Source of the DNA: Lingula anatina
Taxonomy: Eukaryota; Animalia; Brachiopoda
Direction of reading: 5' to 3'
DNA length: 64,000 nt
Assembly (NCBI GenBank): GCA_051362555.1
Contig: CM120640.1
Coordinates: forward strand, 13,454,001 to 13,518,000
Part shown: piece by piece, positions 37,166-51,445 of the stretch
Position numbering within the stretch: position 1 is the first letter of the stretch
Layout of the letters: each line of letters begins with the position of its first letter
Notes under the pieces: model-generated
The model's database searches: none
Told to the model about the DNA's origin: nothing
Seen by the model: the letters and a program-made list of their open reading frames with translations, nothing else
Program-made: the position numbers and the translations under genes

Positions 37166-38718
37166 GAGAAAACAAATTCAGATCTCTCATGCAATACACC
37201 CAATTACCTTTCTCATGAATTACCGGTCAACAGCTGCATCCCTTGTGGCAGCTCCAGTTAAATAGTCTAGTCTCAGAGCATGCATAAGAAACCAATTTGT
37301 TCTGACGTGATTAAAACTCAGTGATTTTTTTCCAAATGATAATTCTTCTGGAATTCTGTCACGTGTAATGCGTTGCTTCAAAGCAAAATCTGTGTTATTT
37401 CAATGTGTCAAATAAAAGTATTAAAAAAGTAAGACTTTTTATTTACAAAGTACACAGAGCAACTAAACTCTGTCCAACTTAAATTTTCCTCACGGGACCA
37501 ACAAGAGCTTTGTACAGTTACGAGCTAGCGCCACCTATTCTTGAGTTGTATATGTAACGTTGATTTTCATCATAATTTAATTTCATTTTATTATCATTAT
37601 TATGTATTTCATTCATAATTTTAAAACACCCCATCCATAAGGGCCATATATTATTCTTAGGTATAGATTGTAGTTCAGGCAGTCAACTCCAAATGGATTC
37701 TTTGCTCACCATCAACTTGACAGTAAATCACCCTTGGGAATGTTAACGAGTACGGAGTAGCTTCAGTGTGTGATTTGAGGCGATATTTACGGATACGTGA
37801 ACAAGCCGATATTTTGACAAACACCATCAGTTAACCGGAAAAGATTGAAAAACTGATAAACACTATCTGGGAGGAATTTTTATCCACTACAACAGTATAA
37901 TTCATAAGGTGAAATGTTTTATGTTTCTTTAATTTGATGATTCATATAATTTTGAATCTTACTTCCATGTGCTGGATAAAAGCATTTTTTTTTTAAAAAC
38001 TTTTGCTTCCTTTACACACTGTTTTACTTCTATTGATTAGATTTTTATAATTGCGTTTTGTGCAGTTCTCATTTTTTGCCAAACACTTTAAACGTTCTTA
38101 ATGTATACCAGCTTTACACGGATCTTGCATTGACAACGCGCCGGAAAATGAAGTCGTGATCAAGGAAATCAAGCATGTACGGAGAGCACAAGCGATGTGA
38201 CGATGAAATGGAAAGAAGTTTTGGTGCCATGCACAAACCTGTCATGGTAATTCTGCGTGGTGTCGAATATGTTCTCAAAATGCGTGCAAACGGCAACAGG
38301 AATTTGATTTTTACTCGAGTCGGAATAAATTAAGACAATCTTTGCAGACCCGCAGCAATGATAATAAAATATTTTTGTTTTCGTAACTCAGCCGGTTTAT
38401 GCCATACAATATAAATATAATTTGTGAGCCGAATAAGTGTAGGAAAATAAAGGGATTTCCTGTCCATACTATGTTATTATTTTTAAAAAAATGGCGTCGG
38501 AAAGAATAAACTAGAATGTGACTTATGCCCTTTGTAAAGCAATTACCGGTCGATCCCATCCATAAATCATCATAGGTAACCGCAAGGTGACACACTCTTT
38601 TCCTTTAAGAGCCACTTTAAGCTTTTTCTATGCAACAAAGAATGCTTCTCGCACACTTCCTCATAGGTGTTTACTGTGGACCTGATCATAGAGTAGTCGA
38701 AAAGTTAAAAAGTTCAGA

Positions 38719-39981
38719 ATGAAATGCTGGCTCCTAGATAGCTGTTCTGTCATTTTTGTGATATTTGTTTTCTCCGAATTCATATCCAGTGTGGCGAGGG
38801 GAGAAAATTGCAAGAGCTCCGATCTAAAAACACAAAGCGTATGTTTTGGAGGCCTTTTTTGTAGAAACTTCATCAAGACAGACGCCTTGAACTTTGCAAC
38901 GGGGCTTCTCAAAACCCCTGTTGAAATTGCCAGTATGGACAGACTAGCTGGTCGTCGGCCAAGGCCAATACTATTCAATCGTTACCGAGTGCTAGGAACA
39001 TTGCAAAGGTTCTTTTTGGCACTTTTTACACCAGAAAAATCGTCAAGCATTCTGAATCTGGATGGAAATAAATGCTGTACCGGGTAAATAATTTATTTAT
39101 TTGCTTTAATGTTTTAGTTTTACTCTGTGCAAGATGAAACGATGCCATTTATATTAAATCGTTAAATGTAGCGTAAGAAATATGCATTAGCAACAATGAA
39201 GTCAGGCAAAGACCATACATGTGGAAAAACGCTAATTTCCATGACAAGGGAGATTCAGACATTGGTGCATTGCTGACTGTACCTGCTAACTATGGCAGCC
39301 GTTTGCTTTCGTTATCAGTGTTAGTGTGCCAATCGCTTCATCTGAGGTGAGAAAGGGCCTTCCAATAGCTGGTAGAAGATCACTTTTTCATTTAAAACAT
39401 TACGACTGATTAAAAATAAATCATTAATTCAAGGGTTGGATTTTTTAAATATTATAAATATTTCAGAACGAAATATGAAAAAAAAAACAATAACCAAGCT
39501 GCTATGAATAAATTCATTTTTCTAGGATTTCATTTTACTACTGCCCGAATGCTGACTTCGACACCTACACAGAAACCGTCGATGGGCAGACATTGACATG
39601 GGAACCAGTCCAGTTAGGAGACTGTGCCAACCCGAAACCTGAAGATATGCTTCAAGTCCTACCAGTTAAAGCGTGTCTGTAAGTGAAATATATCCTCCTC
39701 ATTTTCATCTTAAACATTATAGTTCGCAGAAAAGAGATTAATCTCATTGTGTTGTGATAGGGATAAACACGAATTAACAAGTTGTCAAACAAATGTTCAC
39801 GATCTACTTTCTCATTATCAGGCATGAAATCGCAAACTGCAATGACTGGAAATGTGAAGCGGAATACAGAAGTTTCAATGTACTTATGGAATGCAAGAGT
39901 CCCAATTGCCCGTGCAGTGCGCCAACCGTGCAGTATAAACCCATATCACTGTCAACAGCATGTCTGTGTAAAAACACATAA
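38719..39981 (+). CDS. Secreted Spaetzle-like cystine-knot precursor, paralog B (~225 aa, 3 coding exons)
   Basis: Exons 38719-39083, 39526-39678, 39822-39981; both introns phase 2 at the same positions as paralog A. Hydrophobic leader SVIFVIFVFSEFISSVARG. C-terminal domain KCCTGISFYYCPNADFDTYTETVDGQTLTWEPVQLGDCANPKPEDMLQVLPVKACLHEIANCNDWKCEAEYRSFNVLMECKSPNCPCSAPTVQYKPISLSTACLCKNT*. Confidence 0.85.
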
Positions 39982-42460
39982 ATTAAATACAAAATGAATG
40001 GAAAGTAAAAGAATATTCATGTCCTCGGTCAAAACATCATAAGCTGTCACCATCAAGTTTGACAATGATCGATGGCCTTTTGTTAAAATGAACATATTGA
40101 GGTGAATACTTAGCTGGGCCGGTCCACTGTGACAGATTGACAACTTAATAGCTTAACTATTAATTAAGATAGTCACCTTAACGGGGCCCCCGCGATCGAC
40201 ACGACCATTTGATTAACCTTATTAAACTGCATGAAGCCAACTTGTGTAGACATCGTGAACATAAGACATGTTAAGACCTCACCAAGTAGATGATATGAAG
40301 TGGACCACTCGCCGTCAAAAGGGCCTACGTGTCCATGCTCATATTGTACCCTACGTGCGTAAATTCCAAATGGGACGCTACGTCATGTGCGTGCGTTCGT
40401 GCTCCTAGTCTTTTAGTCTGCGAAATTCAGTGCCATCTTTTTTCTATTTAAAATCAGTAAAATACCGGTCTTGAAACCCAGATATTATTCGTAGCGTGAT
40501 TTCAACACTAATAATAGATGTGAGTTCATCATATTTAAAACAGGATATTAATGCATTAATCTAGGGCTTTATCTGTTTTCCTTTGAAATATGCAGTAAAA
40601 TGTTATAAATAGCAGGTGTCACGACGACGCATAATTTGGTAAAGGGAAGGATACGGTGCACGGTCACTACAAAGAAAACTAAATAAATATTTAAAAAAAC
40701 TAATGTTGATATTCTTTATTCATACCTTTTCACTAGTTTAAGAGATGTCATCGATTATTCTCTTAAAAAATACCATTGCGTCTTGTAACGATGACAAATA
40801 ACAGAGTCTATCTATAACGAAATATTGGAAAATTCTCGCATATTTCTTAAAAGTATACAAAGAAAAACTTTACCACAAAACCCAGCCAACTTATGTGACA
40901 TTTCAGACAGAAATGGGAAAGAAGGGAATCCTTTAACCCTATGGGTGCACACCAAATATAAGTGACCAACACACTGCCCAGGCGGATACGGCTGTTACGA
41001 CTACTAAAAGAAACTGAGTATGATGAAAGTGCACATATATTGAAATAAAAAGTGCATGTTGTTTAAATGTTGTTTTATATTAGGTTTTGTTATTATTTTT
41101 TGCATACTATACCACAACGCCGTTATGCCTACCATTCCTATAACGTTATTACTATTACATCAATGAAAAAACAGATGGGGGTTAAATATTTCAAATTAAA
41201 ATACTTTGAAAAGGGGGTACATAAGTGCACAAGTCCATGGAATTGGTTAACGATACCAGTGATACTGGATTGTGTGGTTATTAGCTCTTGCATTGATTTA
41301 AATAACCGCAAATGTTAAGACAGTTGTCCTTGAGATTGCTATACCGTCAGCACTAACACAATAGTGCCTGCTCATATTTTTTATCGCAAAACCTAAGCCA
41401 TTTATACTCAATGGCGGTTTTTCGGCTATTTCATTACAGTCTAGCCAAGTACAGCAATATAAGATATTTTGGATTGTTCATATATGCAATACCAGTGTTC
41501 AGCTCGAGAGGATATAACAATCACCTTGTTCATGAGTCAATCATCACTCGGTTGGTTTACTTTTCATGTTATATTCACCATGCCTGCGTGATTTGTTCAT
41601 AAATACATTTGACAAAAGAATTTAATGGATATAATTCAAATACAAGAGGATTGGCAAAATGAATATGTGTCTTCCTCTGTAATAGATTTACATACTACTA
41701 CAGGCTACTATATTGTGTCTACTACTTCAGACCTTGGACATAATAACGAATATTCGTCATTATGTCCAAGTTCAGACCATGTGCGTAGTAAGCAAGTTTC
41801 AAATGTTCAGTAGCGGGAGTTAAATATTCAGAAAAAGGTATAAATAGCGACAAAGGGAGCTGGATAACAGCAAAAATTATGCACTTGAAGTTTGTCATCG
41901 GTTGGCTGGGATCTCGATCGATAATGCAATATATTTATGACTGTCATATGTGTGTGTGTGCTGATTAACTCAAGAAGTGGACAAGGCCCCTTACTATTAG
42001 GCTTCATTCCACAAGAACATGCACGGAAAAAAAACAGGCCACATCATATATCGACAGCTATAACTGTTATAAGTGGTGTAGCAGTCAGTACTTTGTTTGA
42101 TCACCTTTATTGGTAAATTATAAGTGATCCAAAACTCCTTGTTCTTTATTATACTACATGTACGGTAATGATTCCATCTTTAGCCATCTTTCATAATTTT
42201 GAAATCGTTAAAAATATATTTCTCTGTAGCAGTTGTGGTGATTTTATCATAGAATATAAGTGTAGAATAATATTATAAAATACCCTGCTTTTCAGTTTTC
42301 TTGCTAACACTCAATAAGAATATGCAGATCAAAAATTTTTTAGACTTAGAAATACAGTATCTGTAAAATTCACAATTTCCCTTTTGAAGAGATTGAGTCG
42401 TCACCGCAATGCAGATTCACCGTTTAAACTTTTTTTATAATCGTGTAAGATTAATTTGAA

Positions 42461-42461
<1 letters not shown>

Positions 42462-42528
<67 letters not shown>
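42462..42528. repeat. (TA)n microsatellite
   Basis: Direct reading. Confidence 0.95.
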
Positions 42529-42531
<3 letters not shown>

Positions 42532-42699
42532 GCGGGTTCATTTGAAGTTCTAATACACTCTTTCTAACAAGAGACTGACATTCTACGTTTAGACTGTCAT
42601 TAACTATAGAGGCGAACTAAAGGGAAAAGTAACTGCTGGCGTTTGTAGGCAAGCTCTGATAACAAAAATGAAAAATGTTTGCCATATGCTAGAGCCCAT

Positions 42700-42930
42700 T
42701 TGATCGTAAGAATCGGTTCCAACATGCCACTGCCCCACTTCACGTCGCTCACCTAACATAATTCCTCAGAGAGACTGAGCATCTGGACAGACCTGCTGCT
42801 TTACCCGATTTGAAGATGATAGAGCACTGCTGAGACACAGGAGATCAGGCTGTAGGAAAGAGAGGTCGCACAACGCTTCTGTCTTGGACTGGGTTGATCT
42901 CAGCCAGAGATGGAACTAGTTTATGCAGAA
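42700..42930 (+). mobile_element. Tc1/mariner transposase C-terminal relic
   Basis: From 42717: FQHATAPLHVAHLT*FLRETEHLDRPAALPDLKMIEHC*D, a decayed FQQDNARPH...LDWPAxSPDLNPIEHxWD motif. Confidence 0.75.
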
Positions 42931-44169
42931 CACTGAAGGCTAGAAGTCATCCGAGTTCCTATAAAGTACAGGAGAACTTAACTCTATGCAGAAATTCTTT
43001 ATCGAATGACTTTGCGGTTATGTTTAAGAGAGTTATATAGCTTTAAATTCATTCAACTGCATGGACCAAAGACTGCCCCCCTTTCTTGTCGCCTGCGTTG
43101 ATAAAGTACCCAGTCCTTTTTGGACATGTGTTTCAACACGTCATAGTAGGGAGAACGGTAAAGAAAAACAGGAAAACGCATAGCCCAGCCACGATCAAGT
43201 TTTGAAGAACGGACAGAGAAGAGTTCTAAACTTCGCCCTTAACCCCCTTACATTTTAGCAATGCCAACACAAAACAAAGATATTTGATCGAGTGAATGTA
43301 CGTCACTAAATGAGGTGACCAGTCCATCTAGGTCATTACCTAGTGAAAAGTTTCAGGGTGAGACAGCAACGTAGGCTTGACGTTAAACGCAAGTTGCAAA
43401 ATCCGATTGATGCATATTCCTGACAATAATATCTGAGAGTAGAAGTTCAAATAAACAAATAGATAAACACGTGCGTTTTAAAAGCACAGCATTTTATCTT
43501 AGGTTGAAAGTCTTGCAGTGAACAATAAAAAACACTGGAATAAAGATTAAAAAGAGACTTAATAACCCAAAACAATTTCACCAGAATTAAGGTTAAATGT
43601 TGTTGCAACTACATGTGTACCACTTACATTGAGACTGCATGGAAGAGATTTGAAGCTCATGTGTTTATTTCTGTGTTTCTCTAATGATATTCGATTTTAA
43701 CAAAGTTACTTTTGTGACAGTTGTTGAAGAGAAGAAAAATTGGCCCAAGTCAGCTGTCCTGGATATCACAGCAACCCTTTGTTCTCCTTTCAGACTCTGG
43801 TCTATTATCTGTGACTCCAATTTTCCATGCCCCAGAACCATGTCCCCGATTTGAAGACATTCTGATGTTCGCATATAAGGCTTTCATGAACAAATATGTG
43901 TCATACGGCAGAGTAAGTCAAAAGTCAAATATAACTGAATGTAAAGCAACGTCCTGTATGCATTTGGTTACATAACAAGAGATATTTCATGTCACGTTAT
44001 TAATAAAGTGTGAGACACCAGAAAAACATTGCAGACTGATGCAAAAAAAGGTTGATTACAAAAAAGGTGCGGCAAACAAATTACTGCAAAGTGGAATATA
44101 CATGTACAATGCACTTTGAATATGGAATTAGGACAATCCATCCGAATATAAACTTTTCCCTTTCTTTTT

Positions 44170-46326
44170 TCATTTGGCTTCTCTGGTTCTCCCGGCTCCA
44201 ACCTGAAACAGCAACAGGCTATCTGTAACAAATGTAGGTTCAGAAATGATATCGTTGTTCTGTGTTTATTGTTACCTTATCTGCCAACTTGTTCATTGAA
44301 ATCGGATGACGATCACATATGTTCATTAAGACTATTTTTAATACGTGGACTGTTAAAACTACTCTAAATCAACACCAAAATGATAAAAATCATTTACCCC
44401 CGATGGCATAGGCGAACTGTTCAAAACCATGTCCGATAATGCATTCTCGTCTGGAGGCTGAAAAAATAAGTGTCCTTTAAAATATGCTCATATTAAAATA
44501 ACCGGTCCTACACATTGTCACTTTTTAATTTTGCATTCTCTACCTAAAACATTTGACCATGGTTCTAAGGAGTTTCCAATATTATGTCACAATATTAAAT
44601 ATCCATAAATATATTCATCGATAAACATAATGTCATGTCCACTTGAAGATATTTATGGAAAGGTAATCTCACATTCTCAGCAGGATTTGCTAATGTGTAG
44701 TGTTCAACATACCAGCGGGTCTGCACTATACGGCCCATAAGCGTCCTGGTAGCAGTCAGCCACCTCATACGGTCCCGTGCGCTCGATGTCAAGGAATGCA
44801 CAGGCACCCCTTGGGCATCTTAGAAGATCGGTGGGATCACGAGTACGTTGACCTCGGAGATAAAAGAACAGCAACCTGCAAGACACAAGTAAAAAGTTCT
44901 ATTTTCTCTCGCAAAAGAGAACAAAGCAACAAAGCTGTTAAATTCAAAGAAAAATTATAGTAATAAAACTGTTATTAAATATCAGGAAACATCAGTTGAA
45001 ACAATGGCGAATATCATGCAAATATCATGCCAAAAAGACGACAGACGCGGAGCAGGTGTTGACTGTTCGCTCAGACATACTGTGTCTGTGCATAAAAACC
45101 TAAACCAAATGCTTTACTGAAGGCGTGTTGCTATATGTGAAGAATGCGTTGATGATGGATTTCATACCCTGTATCATTGTCCCAGAAGGCTACTGCTTGG
45201 TCTGTAAGAGACGCGGCTTCAAACTGCTCCCAGGTTGCCTTCAGAGTCACGACCATTCTGGCGTAGATAATCTTAGTAAAAGCCGAGTTTTTCGGGAAAC
45301 ATATGCCCAAACGGACACGACCCCCAGCCCTGGACGAAAGCGATAATATATACTTAATCTGGCTTATCTCTATGTGTCAAAAGGAACATGATAATTCATA
45401 ACAGAATATGACTGCATAATGACTTTGTAATCATTCCAAAATGACCTATGTGTTTTGATCACTATCAATTAATTTTTCTATAATTAAAAGCAGAAGTATT
45501 TGTTGTTAATGGGTAACTGCCCTACTTAATATCAGAAGAGTGTTCAATGGTGAATCTCTTCTCGTGCAATACAAGTTATTTCAATTTATATTATTTGTGA
45601 CACCAAAGACATGCTGTAGCGAGTCTAAAGATGAACACTTACGTAAACTGTGCGTATTTTTCAAAGCCATAGGTTTCAATCCTAATCTTGTTTGGTGCCT
45701 TTCCAATAAATTGCATCGTGTAGTTATGGTTGTAAATCAAATTAACGGAAATGATACCACCACGAGTGGTAAAAATTTCCCTGTGATGGTGGAGATCATC
45801 TCTGACCATCTGAACGTCACTCTTGAACAACGTATTCGTGCTTGTTTTCATGTAGCGGATGCGAATCTGAATTTAAATGGTTAAAATCGTTTAAAGACAA
45901 CTTTCTTAATTACAAATAATTTATCATTATTATCCTATGTTTTTCTATTCCGAGTTAGAATATGATCTACTATCAAACACTCTGTTCTGTGCATGTTTCG
46001 ATAAATCACAAAATTGGCGATAAATTTCACAATATTGTGTGGATCATTTCTAACCTATCTGAGTGACTGCTAATAATACCTTTCCATACTTTTCTGGACA
46101 AACTCTCATATTCCAGTTTGTTTTCTCGTAGCAGTTTGCGGTATAGTAAAATGGTTCATTTCTCACGACAGATGCCCCGGCGTGGCCTGTCAAGGACCCG
46201 TCTATATCTACTACCATGGCGCCTTTGTTGCCATTTCTTCCTCCACTTTCTTCAAAGACACGGTTTCCTGTAGCCTACAAAGCAACTCAAAATATAAACA
46301 AAATGATGGACATATTAGGGAAAACG

Positions 46327-46357
<31 letters not shown>

Positions 46358-49300
46358 GAGAATTTATAAACACTTTTTTATCGAGCTCAACAATAGCAGA
46401 AAACCATTTGAATACAACCTTTCTCATGGAGTACAATTCATTTCCCTGCAGTTTGTCAGTGCTGTTTTTAGATTCTAGCAAGTGTTGTTATCTACGTATT
46501 ATAACCCAATCAGCAAGTAATTATTTACAATATTTTACATGTAAAATATACTGAACCCAAGTGGCACCCGTCATGTTAATATTCAACCCTTGGCACCAAC
46601 GTCGTGCCAGTGAATGCTACATTACCCCAACGAAAATTTTATCAAAATTTACATCTAAAATAGTTCGCAAAACATCATTTGCCAGGAGAGGTCCCTGTCA
46701 GTTAAATAAAAGGAAAGAGGATATTCTGCCCTTTCAATTCCATTATTTCCACAATGCACGCCAATTCAGACAAAGAACCAGACTGCTTGGGTAGCCTTCA
46801 CCCTTAAAGAAACTAATGGAAAACCGAAAACAAACATGTGAAGTTATCGTTCACGATCTACAATTTTTTTATTTAGAGCGTAGTTCTTTACAAACGTTTC
46901 TATACTTGAATTGGTGGATTTGACTACACGTGTTTAATCTTGCGCTGTTATTTTATTTAAACTAAAGCATACCTCTCCATCTTTGAATCCAAATGTTAAA
47001 TTTTCCACAGAATTATACGTATAAAAGGACGCCCCAGCATTTCTCTTCCATCCTATTCCTCCGGCTTTCCTGTATTGATCTGTTTGGAAACCATTGAAAT
47101 AGCAGTTCCTCAAATGGATGTTCAAGTCATAGATAACAAGACCATTCACTTGTGTTCCCCTAGAGTGATACAACAAAAGTGATCTAGAAAATTCATCTCA
47201 AATATAAGACAAGGTAGCTGGTCTTTTTTTTAAAAGACGTTCCTGCTTGATCGATGCGAAAGAAATCAAAAGTAGAAAAGCTCTGGTGTTAATAAATTTT
47301 TATCAACAACCTTGATAGGTGTCACTTATCTACCGGCAGTCGAATGCAAAATTCAAAATACTATGAAAACATGTTTTTAAAAAATTACTCAACTAAGAAG
47401 ATGTGAACAGTCACATTCAATGTGGAGCACAGTTAAAACGATTCTTTCATAATTACAACAATAATTACCACTGTATGTATACCGACGAAAACGCTAGCAT
47501 GCTACATTATATATATGGACATCTTAGCAAAATTAGAAATCCATTGGATTTATTTCAGTTATATTCAAGGAAAACTAAAAGCCACTTACAAGCTAGACGG
47601 GAACGATCTCGGTAGTTTTACCCAAGCAGAAGCTGTACGGTCATAATAGATCTCTGGCTCTCCAAGATTGTCTGACTGGCCTACAAACACAGAGTTCTCT
47701 ATCCAGACCCTTCTGTATCCAGCACTATAGATAACACAGTGGTGGGTTAAGACATTTATTAAAAATTCTTTCGAAGTGCTGTAGATATAAACTGACGAAT
47801 TACTAATGACGCTATTAGAATAAAATTAGAACCACAAATTTATAGCCATAAACATTTACATATTTATGTCGAATTAGGGGAGAATTTTTCGGAATTTCAG
47901 ATTTTTTTCTGCTATATTTCAATAAGTATAACATTCAGTATATCCAATTAAAATGACATTTTAAAAATTAAACGGTTCAGATGTTTGCCGTACTTACACC
48001 GCGTGCGTGTGTCCCCTGGGACTGTCTGAAAACCTGGAAAGACGAACATTGCAAACACTACACAAACAACTTCAATATTCATCACGCTATATGAGTATGT
48101 ATCTGAAAACGTATTTTCACATGCATAGGTAAAAACGATTATTGCTGTAGTGCACATATAGAATTAGGATATCAAAGTATGGAAGATTGTCATTTTTAAC
48201 ACAAAATGATCGCAAATCCATATCCATTCGACCATATATCGTCTGCGTTTATACAGACCGACAGACCAAAGAAAGCGTGTGGTTTATACAGAAAGCTTTA
48301 TATTGGTAAATAGTTCATGTCAAAACTACAAATACAGAGGCTCACTGCCGTAAAATTGAACAAGAAAAACAGAAAGTGCCATCCTATACCACTTACGAGC
48401 TTTGAGATAAATGGATAGGACTTCCACGATACCAGGAGTCTTGATGTTTGTTCTTGTAGCCTGTAAACCTTGTTATCTGAGCCTCAGATCTAGGCTTGTA
48501 ATTGTTCCCAGTTTTCAGTATGCTCTCCGATGTCAAATCTCCTTGGAGTATGAAATCACCAAAGAGGCCATCCTAAAAAAACATGAAAACATTCAAAAAG
48601 CTATGACCCATGCGAACATCACATGAAGTAAGTTTTGTGTTAAGAAAGCAAATTGTCTAAATAGGTGTAGAGATCTTCTCATGGCATGAGAAAATTTTGT
48701 TCCTATCTGTATGGGTAAAAATCGTGATGTGTTCATGAAGAAAATTGGAAAAAGTAGACAAACTCTTCACTGGACTGCGACTTTCTGAACCGTTTGACTT
48801 TAGCTGGGTTGCATTATTTCAAAACACCGTTACATGTACAAAAAGCCTCTAGTGGCATACACCACTCTATTCATACCGATTTCATTTTGAATTTAGTCGG
48901 AGTCATATCAGTACCCAAAAATACTCGACTTTGAAACAAGATTCTTACCGTATTTGAATGTGCCTTATTATTTTCAAATTGTGCAAGAGCGGTTCTATCA
49001 GATTTTGATTGTAGATGAATTAAACCTTCTGACAGACCCTTCGGATACTTAGGAAATATGATCATAAAACCCCATTCCTGAAGAAAATATACAATTAGCA
49101 AAGAGAATATATTGTGAAGACAAGCGTTTTTTTTAAATATTATTAATAGAAAAAAGTTAATTTCAGATAAAAATTTGTGAAAAAAAATATTCATTGAAAA
49201 TTAATACTAAAACAAAACCATGTAAAACAAATTAAATTTAGCAAGTTCCCACAACTAGAAATAGCTACCTCTGAAATTCGTTTATCTTTTATTATAGTCT

Positions 49301-49816
49301 TGGTTTAAGGCATATAAATTTTACAAATAAAGAGGGGAAATAGATATACGTACTTCTGACCCTGCGGCAACGTTGTTTTTGATGAAATTATACGGGTTTG
49401 TCAGCCAAAATGTTGCTGGTCTAGAATAAAATATGTAAGTACATGAAAAAGACAACCAGCAGTATCAAAGTAAATGTATCCCTTTTAAACATTTTAACCA
49501 AATGGGGTATACTTGACAGTTCTTACAAGTGTATAAATTGTGAAAACTATAATTCCTCATGCCAAAGACATAACTTACGTTTTATCAGCCTGGTGCAAAT
49601 GGCCGCTCAATGTTCCCAAACCCAGGTTTCCATTCAGGACATTGTCATGTTCTCCACCGTCCTCTAGGTAGTAGCAATGACCGAAGTGCAGGTAGGCAAT
49701 GTTATCCATAACCTAAAGCATCAAGAAAAATTAATGGATAAAATAACGGCAACTACAGCTATGTAATCTGATTTTGTTCGGCAAATGGATGAAAGTATAC
49801 CTTTATGCGGTGCCAC

Positions 49817-49879
<63 letters not shown>

Positions 49880-51402
49880 TGAGGGAGGGAGGGAGGAAGG
49901 GAGAGAGAGAGAAGAAAAAAATACATACCTGCAACCCGAATGTACCGTGGATAACAATACACCGCTGGAACGAGTGACGTACCACGTTATTTTTGACTAT
50001 GGCACCAGCATCGTCAAGCAGCAAATGGTAATGGATGGGATATGATGCTATAAAATTGCAATAAAAAGACTAGCTATTTCTGTATTGCAAAAGCAAACCG
50101 TACGACAAGGTTACATTGGTATTGTTAAAACTGTCTACATGAATACCTTAGTCCTACATGTACACTTCTTCATGCACTTTTTCATCATAATCCGGTAAAA
50201 TTAATTTCGACCACTGTCCAAGTTTTTAACTTACTTCACTATTACTTCGACATCTGCATGTCCCTATCAATGAGCATGCATGTATGAAAGTCAACATGAA
50301 AAAGTAAACAACATAAATAATCAAGTGAGCTCATTATATTCGATTTAAATCCCGATATTTGGTTTCCCGAAACGCTTTTTAATCTGTGAAAGAAAGCAAG
50401 ACGACTATCCGCTTGATAAAAACAAAGCAAAGCACAAATGGAAAGTTTACCTAGCACGCCTGCCTGACCCATGTGGTACAGCTCAACTCCTTCTATGTTC
50501 AAAGATCCACCATCAGCCTTTTAAAAGAGAATAATTTTGTATCACTTAAAATATTTATTTATATCCTCTCTCTCTCTCTCTTTCCCTCTCTCTTCACAGT
50601 CAAACATATGTTAAAGGGATAATAACTCTTCGTTTCGGCCAAAAAATGAATTTTCCTGGAGTAAACAACAATTTTCCCATTCTTACCAATGGTTAATGAA
50701 TCCATTTTTACATTCAAAGTTAGTCCCTGTTTTTTTCCAAAAAGTTTGGTTTTTTGTTAAAATCTCTTAAGAGATTTTAACAGAGTATAACCATCAATGG
50801 AGGTCACGTGGTCTAAAGACAAGCTCAGATATCAGAATAATAGTTATAACTGCCGTTTTTGTGGTAAAACAGAATATATTATATTTTTATGAGTTATTCA
50901 CATTGTTTTTATTGTGAAATATAGATCTCATATGAAGAGTTATTATCCCTTTAAAATAGTAAATTTGGGCAAATAGTCAAAACTTCTCGATATTGTAAAC
51001 TGTCTCACTTTTTCTTCTCAAGTGCACACTGATAAGCGACTAAATAACTACGTTTTTTTTTCAATGTCAAAGGTCACTTATACCTTAACATGTCCGCCAA
51101 ATGTGTCCATGTCATAGAAAGCACACGGGTTGTTGCCATAGCACCTGGGTTGCATTTCGCCGCGAATGACTACGTTTCTGTTGAGTAGTGCCACTTCTGC
51201 CCGCATGTCAACGTTATTGGTCACCTCTCCCCAGTGAGTATAATACAGGGGAACTGCAAGGGAAAGTTAATTCAGTCTTTTTTCCTCTTATCGAAAAAAT
51301 GAAGTAAAATTGTTTAAACTAGTAAAACTCCTAATTTTCGTTGACTTATCATGTAGAAGTACAACATTTTCTAACTTGCCGGTCCATATATGTATTTCTA
51401 TA

Positions 51403-51445
<43 letters not shown>

